Origin: an uncultured delta proteobacterium
GTDB taxonomy: Bacteria > Desulfobacterota > Binatia > JACPRU01
DNA: 64,000 bases
Assembly (NCBI GenBank): GCA_963745025.1
Contig: CAVUWD010000011.1
Coordinates: 96,001-160,000, forward strand
Direction: 5' to 3'
Of this stretch, positions 58,390 to 64,000 are shown one piece after another (position 1 is the first letter of the stretch; every line of letters begins with the position of its first letter). Position numbers and translations under genes: made by a program. The notes below the pieces were generated by a model. It did not search any database, was not told the origin of the DNA, and worked only from the letters and a program-made list of their open reading frames with translations.

Positions 58390-58503
58390 GTACTTCTGCG
58401 GATCCACGCCACGCGCCTTGGCCAGCCCGTCGAGCGAGAGAGACTACATCGGCAGATCGACACTGAGATTCTCGATTCCGACGTCTCGCATCGTTCGATC
58501 CAT
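58390..58503 (-). pseudogene. mvaS: Remnant of HMG-CoA synthase N-terminus
   Basis: Manual translation MRDVGIENLSVDLPM*SLSLDGLAKARGVDPQKY matches the MvaS start (xGIxx...P...LxxLAxARGVDPxKY). In-frame TAG at 58444-58446; similarity is lost after about 34 codons. Confidence 0.75.
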
Positions 58504-58556
58504 TTCCTCGGTGAATTCCCCGAAGACTCCCCTCACCCGGCGGTTCGCGCCAACCT

Positions 58557-60527
58557 CTACCCAGCCAGCGGGGCAACCGCGAGGCGCTCGGCGAACTGGC
58601 CGAGCGCCATCAGCGGGAAGTACGCGCGATACATCCAGTAGCGGAGGTAGAAGTGCCCCGGGAATCCGGTCCCCGTGAATTCGTCCTCGGCCCAGAAGCC
58701 GTCTTCGCCCTGGGTGCGCACGAGGTACTCGACGGCACGGACGAGCTCAGGGCTGACGCCTTGCTCCCCAGCGAGCAGGCCGAGAACCGCCCAGGCCGTC
58801 TGTGACGCCGTGCTCCGGCCCCGGCCCGCGAGCGACGGATCGTCGTACGAGCGGCAGTCTTCGCCGTAGCCGCCGTCGTCGTTCTGAACCGACTTGAGCC
58901 AACGCACGGCGCGACGGAGGGGTTCTCCACCGAGGTCTTCGCCGAGCGCCCGCAGTCCGGCGAGCACCGACCACGTGCCGTAGACGTAGTTCACCCCCCA
59001 GCGCCCCCACCACGCGCCGAACGGCTCCTGGGTGCGGCGCAAGAACTCGACGGCACGCGCGGCGCGCGGATCGTTCGCGTCGAAGTGATACGACCCCATG
59101 AGCTCGAGCATGCGTCCGGTGACGTCGGCGGTCGGCGGATCGATCATCGCTTTCATGTCCGCGAACGGAATGCGGTTCAGAAGATCGAGCGTGTTGTCGG
59201 TGTCGAACGCCCCCCAGCCGCCGTTCGCGCTCTGCATGCCGATCGTCCAGGTGAGGCCGCGCTTGATCGCGTCCTCCTTCCGCCGCGCCTCCGAGTGGCG
59301 GATGCGCCGGAGCACCATGAGGATCACCGCCGCGTCGTCGACGTCGGGATACCAGTCGTTGGCGAACTCGAACGCCCAGCCGCCTGGCTGTAACGTCGGG
59401 TTCTTGATCGACCAGTCGCCGGGCTTCTGAATTTGCTGCTCGACGAGCCACCCCGCCGCCTTGACGAGCGCCGGATGGTCTTCTGCCATCCCCGAGTCGA
59501 GCAGCGCCTTGGCGGCAAGCGCGGTATCCCAGACGGGAGACACGCAAGGCTGCGCGATCAGATGGCCGGTCGGGATCTCCATGAGGAAGTCGTCGACCGC
59601 CTGGATGCCCTTGGCGATTCCGGGATGGTCCGCGGGGTAGCCGGCGGCCTTGAGCGCCATCGGACCGTTCACCATCGGTGGCTGGATCCCGCCCCAGCCG
59701 CCGTTGCGGTCCTGGTGCTGGATCGTCCATTCGCAAGCGGCTTGGATCGCCCGGCGGCGCAGAGGATGGAACGGCAGCCGGTCCCAAAGCTTGAGCACGC
59801 GATCGGCGACGAGAAAGAAATTGTCGAGCGAGAACGTCGTGTACGGTCGGCTGACGTAGAGCTCGCCCGCGCGCGCAGGGTCGCGGTAGAGCTCACGAAC
59901 CGTGAAGCCTGCGGGGGTCTTGGCGCGGGGCCGAAACGCCATCAGCACGAGCAGCGGCACCACCGTACCACGCGCCCAGCTCGACATCTCGTAGATGCTG
60001 AAGCCGCTGCGCGGGGGCACGAACATCAGCTCGGGGGGCAACGTCGGCACCGCGGTCCACGGCACTTCGCCGAAGTAGGCGAGGAAGATCTTGCTGAACA
60101 CCCCCGCACGCTCGAGCCCACCGCGCTCGAGAATGAATCCGCGCGCCCGCTCGAGCACCGGATCGTTCTCCGCCGCGCCCATCAGGCGCAGCGCCGTATA
60201 CGCTTCGACGGTGACGCTCAGATGTCCCGGGCCGTTCTCGAAGAGCGGCCAGCTTCCCTCGGACTGCTGCGTCGAGCGGATGTGGGCAACCAGACGCTTC
60301 TCCACCTCCGGCCGCTCCCGCTCGAGGAAGCGATTGAAGAAGATGCACTGCGCGTCCATCGTGACGTTGGCCTCGAGCGGAGCGTGCCAATAGCCTTCGG
60401 AAGACTGGAGCGAGAGAAAGCGGTTCTGGGCGCGCTCAACCGCCTGCCGCACCCCGGCCGCGAGATCGGATCCCCCGCTTGCTTCTTCCGAGCGGAGCTC
60501 ACGCGCTTCCGCAATTCGATTTTGCAT
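58557..60527 (-). CDS. shc: Squalene--hopene cyclase
   Basis: QW repeats, SSWARGTVVPL, QPCVSPVWDT, GGWAFEFANDWYPDVDD (DxDD), WWGRWGVNYVYGT, FTGTGFPGHFYLRY. Confidence 0.96.
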   Translation of the reverse strand: MQNRIAEARELRSEEASGGSDLAAGVRQAVERAQNRFLSLQSSEGYWHAPLEANVTMDAQCIFFNRFLERERPEVEKRLVAHIRSTQQSEGSWPLFENGPGHLSVTVEAYTALRLMGAAENDPVLERARGFILERGGLERAGVFSKIFLAYFGEVPWTAVPTLPPELMFVPPRSGFSIYEMSSWARGTVVPLLVLMAFRPRAKTPAGFTVRELYRDPARAGELYVSRPYTTFSLDNFFLVADRVLKLWDRLPFHPLRRRAIQAACEWTIQHQDRNGGWGGIQPPMVNGPMALKAAGYPADHPGIAKGIQAVDDFLMEIPTGHLIAQPCVSPVWDTALAAKALLDSGMAEDHPALVKAAGWLVEQQIQKPGDWSIKNPTLQPGGWAFEFANDWYPDVDDAAVILMVLRRIRHSEARRKEDAIKRGLTWTIGMQSANGGWGAFDTDNTLDLLNRIPFADMKAMIDPPTADVTGRMLELMGSYHFDANDPRAARAVEFLRRTQEPFGAWWGRWGVNYVYGTWSVLAGLRALGEDLGGEPLRRAVRWLKSVQNDDGGYGEDCRSYDDPSLAGRGRSTASQTAWAVLGLLAGEQGVSPELVRAVEYLVRTQGEDGFWAEDEFTGTGFPGHFYLRYWMYRAYFPLMALGQFAERLAVAPLAG

Positions 60528-61431
60528 CCTCGACCTCCTGCGGAGTCCCCGAGCCGATCCGGGTGGAAAACGCATCGAAGCCCGCGGCGCGAAGCGCTTC
60601 GGCGACGCGCACGGCCGAAGAAGGAGCGAGCGCGATGATCACCCCTCCACCTCCCGCCCCCGACAGCTTGGCGCCGAGCGCGCCCGCGCCGCGCGCGACG
60701 GCGACCATCCGTTCGAGTGTCGGCGTCGAAACGCCGAACGCGTTGAGGAGCCCCTGCGCGGTGTCCATCAGCGTGCCGAAGCTCTCCCAATCGCCCGCCT
60801 CGAGGGCCTCTCGTCCCGCGCGGACGACGTCGCCCGCGAGCTGGAACAGGCGCCCGTAGAGCTCGGGCCGCTTCGCATGCCGATCGCGCAGACGGGCGAC
60901 CGGTCCCGCCGTGCTGCGCGGATCTCCGCTCATGCCGACCACGAGATCGATCGCCCGAGCGGGGCGCAGCGGCTCGATGCGCGGCGGATTCGAGCGCTCG
61001 AACCAGACGACGCCCCCCGATGCCGACGCCGCCACGTCGACGCCGGACGCCGTGCCGTGGAAGACGTCTTCCACACGGCTCGCGCGGGCGTGGATCTCTT
61101 GGTCGGATAGGGCGCGGCCGCTGAGCGACGCCAGGGCTCGAACCAACGCAAGGCTGAGAGCCGCCGAGCTGCCGAGACCGCAGGCCGGCGGGATGTCGGA
61201 CACAACTTCGATCGCGAGGCGTGCAGGGTCGAGCTCGAGATCATGCGCCGCCACCGCGACCGCGCGCTGGAATTTGGCGTCGGAGGAGGCGGGCGGGCCG
61301 CCGTCGAGCCGTACGCGCACCTCGAGACGGCGATCGATGGCCGCGGCGATCGCCGGCGCTCCGAACACGACGCTGTGCTCGCCGAGGAGGATGACCTTCC
61401 CGGGCGCGGAGGCGGACACGCTCGAGCTCAT
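60499..61431 (-). CDS. mvk: Mevalonate kinase
   Basis: APGKVILLGEHSVVFG, IPPACGLGSSAA, HGTASGVD, GAKLSGAGGGG. Confidence 0.92.
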   Translation of the reverse strand: MSSSVSASAPGKVILLGEHSVVFGAPAIAAAIDRRLEVRVRLDGGPPASSDAKFQRAVAVAAHDLELDPARLAIEVVSDIPPACGLGSSAALSLALVRALASLSGRALSDQEIHARASRVEDVFHGTASGVDVAASASGGVVWFERSNPPRIEPLRPARAIDLVVGMSGDPRSTAGPVARLRDRHAKRPELYGRLFQLAGDVVRAGREALEAGDWESFGTLMDTAQGLLNAFGVSTPTLERMVAVARGAGALGAKLSGAGGGGVIIALAPSSAVRVAEALRAAGFDAFSTRIGSGTPQEVEDAKSNCGSA

Positions 61432-62621
61432 GCGCTCAGTCGCGAGCCATCCGACTGTCCCGTACCGTTGCCGGCGCTGCGGCCATGCAGCTCCATGTGG
61501 CCGCGCTGAATGCCTTCGGTGGCGAGCGCCCGCAGTGCCGCGAAGTTTTGCCCGAGGCCGACCGCTGCCATGACGGCCGCGAGCTCCCGTGCGCCCGACA
61601 CCGCGAGCATGCGCAGCGCGAGCTGCGCGCGCGGGTTGATGCGGATGCGGTCGCCGACGGTGCCGACGGCGAGCGGCAGCTCGAGCGCGCCGCGCAGCGC
61701 CCCCGCCTCGACCCACCAGATCGCGAGGGGTCCGTAGCGTCCGTCGCGTGCGGCATGCGCATGCGCGCCGGCCTCGATCGCCCGCCAGTCGTTGCCGGTG
61801 GCAATCGCCACGGCGTCGATGCCGTTCATCACACCCTTGTTGTGGGTTGCGGCGCGATGCGGGCTCACAGCGGCGAAGTTGGACGCGCTCTCGATCCGCT
61901 GCGCCACGGTCTCGCCCGACATGCCGTCGACCCGCAGAAGGTCGAGCGGGATCACCGCCTGCGCGCGTGCGAGCCGGCGATCGGAGAGATTCGAGAGGAT
62001 TCGCAGATTGACGCTCCCGCCGGTGATCGCCGTCACCTCCGGAGCCAGCCCCTCCATCAAGGTGTTGATGGCATTCGCACCCATCGCGTCGCCGACGTCG
62101 GCGATCACGTGTACGGCGACCGAGCCGTCGGCGGCGAGCTCGACCTCGATCTCCCGGGCTCCGCCGCCGCGCGCCACCATCCGCGGCTGTAGCCGTCGCG
62201 CGACTTCCAGGAGCCGCGGGGTCTCCGCGAGCAGCCGCAGCACGGCGGTTTCGGGATTCGGCACTTCGATCAGCTGAATCTGGCCGATCATCAGTGGCTC
62301 GTCCGCCTCGGCCGTAAAGCCGCCGCCGGCGCGCACGAGGCGTGCCGCGTTGGACGCCGCCGCCACCACCGACGGCTCCTCGGTCACCATCGGCACGAGG
62401 TAGTCGCGGCGGTTGATGTGGAAGTTCGCGGCGATACCGAGCGGCAGACCGAACACGCCGACCGCGTTCTCGATCATGCTGTCGGCCGTATCGAGCGCCA
62501 GCGCTTCGGCGCCGCCGAGCAGCCGACGCTCGCTCTCGGAGAGACCGAGCGTCTCGGTGAGGAGCGCGAGGCGAGCCTCGCGCGGCAGACGGTGAAATCC
62601 GGGAAGTCGCGAAGTCATCAT
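61428..62621 (-). CDS. mvaA: Class II HMG-CoA reductase
   Basis: MIENAVG, TEEPSVVAAAS, DAMGANAIN, ILSNL, RAATHNKGVMNG, GNDWRAIEAG, EGIQRGHMELH. Confidence 0.94.
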   Translation of the reverse strand: MMTSRLPGFHRLPREARLALLTETLGLSESERRLLGGAEALALDTADSMIENAVGVFGLPLGIAANFHINRRDYLVPMVTEEPSVVAAASNAARLVRAGGGFTAEADEPLMIGQIQLIEVPNPETAVLRLLAETPRLLEVARRLQPRMVARGGGAREIEVELAADGSVAVHVIADVGDAMGANAINTLMEGLAPEVTAITGGSVNLRILSNLSDRRLARAQAVIPLDLLRVDGMSGETVAQRIESASNFAAVSPHRAATHNKGVMNGIDAVAIATGNDWRAIEAGAHAHAARDGRYGPLAIWWVEAGALRGALELPLAVGTVGDRIRINPRAQLALRMLAVSGARELAAVMAAVGLGQNFAALRALATEGIQRGHMELHGRSAGNGTGQSDGSRLSA

Positions 62622-63673
62622 GACTCCTCTTCTTGGCCCCAACGCTCGAGCCGCGGCCCGAGCACGACCGGTTTCTTGCGGAGCTCTGCCAACGTGCGCG
62701 CGCCCGTCAGCACCATCGCCACGCGCAGACCCTCGATCGTCTGTTCCAAAAACGCGCCCGCCGTTTCGAGGCCGCCGGATCGATAGGCGCGAAACACCGG
62801 CAATGCGAAGCCGCAGATCTCGGCGCCGAGCACCAGCGCCTTGGCCGCGTCGAGCGCGTTGCGGATGCCGCCGCTGGCGATGCGCACGAGGTTCGTTCGA
62901 CGCAGCTGCACCAGCGACGCGGCCGTGGGAATTCCCCAGTCGCGGAAGAGCTCGCCGAGCGCGTGGCTGCGCGCGTCGCCGCGCAGATCCTCGACGCGAA
63001 CCCACGACGTGCCACCGGCGCCGGACACGTCTACGTAGCGCACGCCCACCTGCTCGAGCTGACGGCCGACCTTGGCCGAGATGCCGCACCCGGTCTCTTT
63101 GACGATCACCGGGATGGCGAGCTCCGCGACGATTCGCTCGAGCGCGCGGAGCCCGCCGGAGAACTTGCGGTCGCCCTCTTTCTGTACCAGCTCCTGCGCG
63201 GGATTGAGATGCAGGCAAAGCCCATCGGCGCCTACGATCTCGACGAGGCGGGCGATCTCGGCGCTCGCCGTCTCCGCCGCCTGGGTCAGGCCGAGGTTGG
63301 CCAGAAGCAAGGTGGTCGGCGCTTCGCGCCGCACGGAGTACGTCGTTGCGAGCTCGGGCCGGCGCAGCATCGCCCGCTGACTGCCCAGCCCGAAACCGAT
63401 GCCGAATTTTTCCGCGAGGCGGGCGAGATCGCGGTTCACCGCGGCCGCATCGGGTGTGCCACCGGTCATGCCGGTGATCAGGAAGGGGGCGCGAAGCCTC
63501 CGTCCGAGAAACTCGACCGACAGATCCACCTCGGCGACATCGACGCCGGAGAGCGAATCGTGGACGAATTCCACCTCCTCGAGAAGGGTCGTCTTCTCAC
63601 GATGCTCGACGTCGGCGCTCGCGCAGAGGTCGAGGTGCGAGCGTTTCCGGCGCTCGATCGACGCATCACGCAT
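62618..63673 (-). CDS. fni: Type 2 (FMN-dependent) isopentenyl-diphosphate isomerase
   Basis: RRKRSHL, ITGMTGG, GSQR, HLNPAQELVQKEGD, VKETGCG, GAGGTSW, SGGIRN. Confidence 0.95.
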   Translation of the reverse strand: MRDASIERRKRSHLDLCASADVEHREKTTLLEEVEFVHDSLSGVDVAEVDLSVEFLGRRLRAPFLITGMTGGTPDAAAVNRDLARLAEKFGIGFGLGSQRAMLRRPELATTYSVRREAPTTLLLANLGLTQAAETASAEIARLVEIVGADGLCLHLNPAQELVQKEGDRKFSGGLRALERIVAELAIPVIVKETGCGISAKVGRQLEQVGVRYVDVSGAGGTSWVRVEDLRGDARSHALGELFRDWGIPTAASLVQLRRTNLVRIASGGIRNALDAAKALVLGAEICGFALPVFRAYRSGGLETAGAFLEQTIEGLRVAMVLTGARTLAELRKKPVVLGPRLERWGQEEES

Positions 63674-64000
63674 GACTGTTCTCACGGTGAACCCCGCGAG
63701 TGTCGATCGACACCGCGAGCGGCTCGGCCTCCAGTGTACGCCACTCCTTCTCGACAGCGGGCACGAGTGCGGGATCGAACGTGATGGCGACCGCCGAGTC
63801 GCCACCGACGGCACCCGAGCCCTTGGCCGCGAGCCCGCACGCGCGGGCGACTCTGACCAGCTCGGCGATGCGCTCCGCACCGGGCGATCGCCCCGCGAGC
63901 TCTTGGAGAGCCGCACCGTAGGCATCGATCTCGGAGAGAATGCCGTCCCGGTCCTGCGCGCCCACCGCCGTCCAGAAGCGCCCGAGGATCGTACGCAGAC
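63666..64000 (-). CDS. GHMP kinase C-terminus, probably phosphomevalonate kinase (5' part outside the window)
   Basis: GLAAKGSGAVGGDSAVA resembles the PMK KxSGAGGGD motif; frame is open to the window edge; mevalonate operon context. Confidence 0.7.
   Translation of the reverse strand, partial: LRTILGRFWTAVGAQDRDGILSEIDAYGAALQELAGRSPGAERIAELVRVARACGLAAKGSGAVGGDSAVAITFDPALVPAVEKEWRTLEAEPLAVSIDTRGVHRENSHA

Noticed and set aside
58444-58446. In-frame TAG in the mvaS fragment as possible pyrrolysine or stop read-through
   Set aside because: Homology ends about 18 codons later, so decay explains it better; TAG serves as a normal stop for other genes in the window.

Overview
High-GC, densely coding chromosomal window from a diderm bacterium (lpxA is present). 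Gene content suggests a Deltaproteobacteria-like lineage such as Myxococcota or Binatia; this is an inference, not a placement. No rRNA, tRNA, CRISPR array, integrase or transposase was seen. Main blocks: (1) 3.0-8.8 kb, a tightly coupled six-gene operon (HAD hydrolase, NTP transferase, ATP-grasp protein, class-III aminotransferase, Gfo/Idh/MocA dehydrogenase, CDP-alcohol phosphotransferase) that looks like an uncharacterised amino-sugar/aminocyclitol phospholipid or solute pathway upstream of yacG-lpxA. (2) 9.8-31 kb, housekeeping, envelope and signalling genes, including an orphan ParB next to a perfect 30-bp inverted repeat. (3) 31.6-53.8 kb, a large Tad/Flp pilus locus resembling the myxobacterial Kil system, with three FHA-fused CpaF ATPases, two membrane FHA proteins, six pilin-like genes (one an apparent two-pilin polyprotein) and a sigma-54 promoter. 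(4) 53.8-64 kb, a fused mevalonate plus hopanoid operon (pmk-fni-hmgR-mvk-shc-hpnCDE-accC) containing a decayed HMG-CoA synthase remnant and a frameshifted hpnD. A dispersed family of double-hairpin intergenic elements with covarying stems and two apparent CTG start codons were also found. All calls come from motif reading only; no database searches were run.
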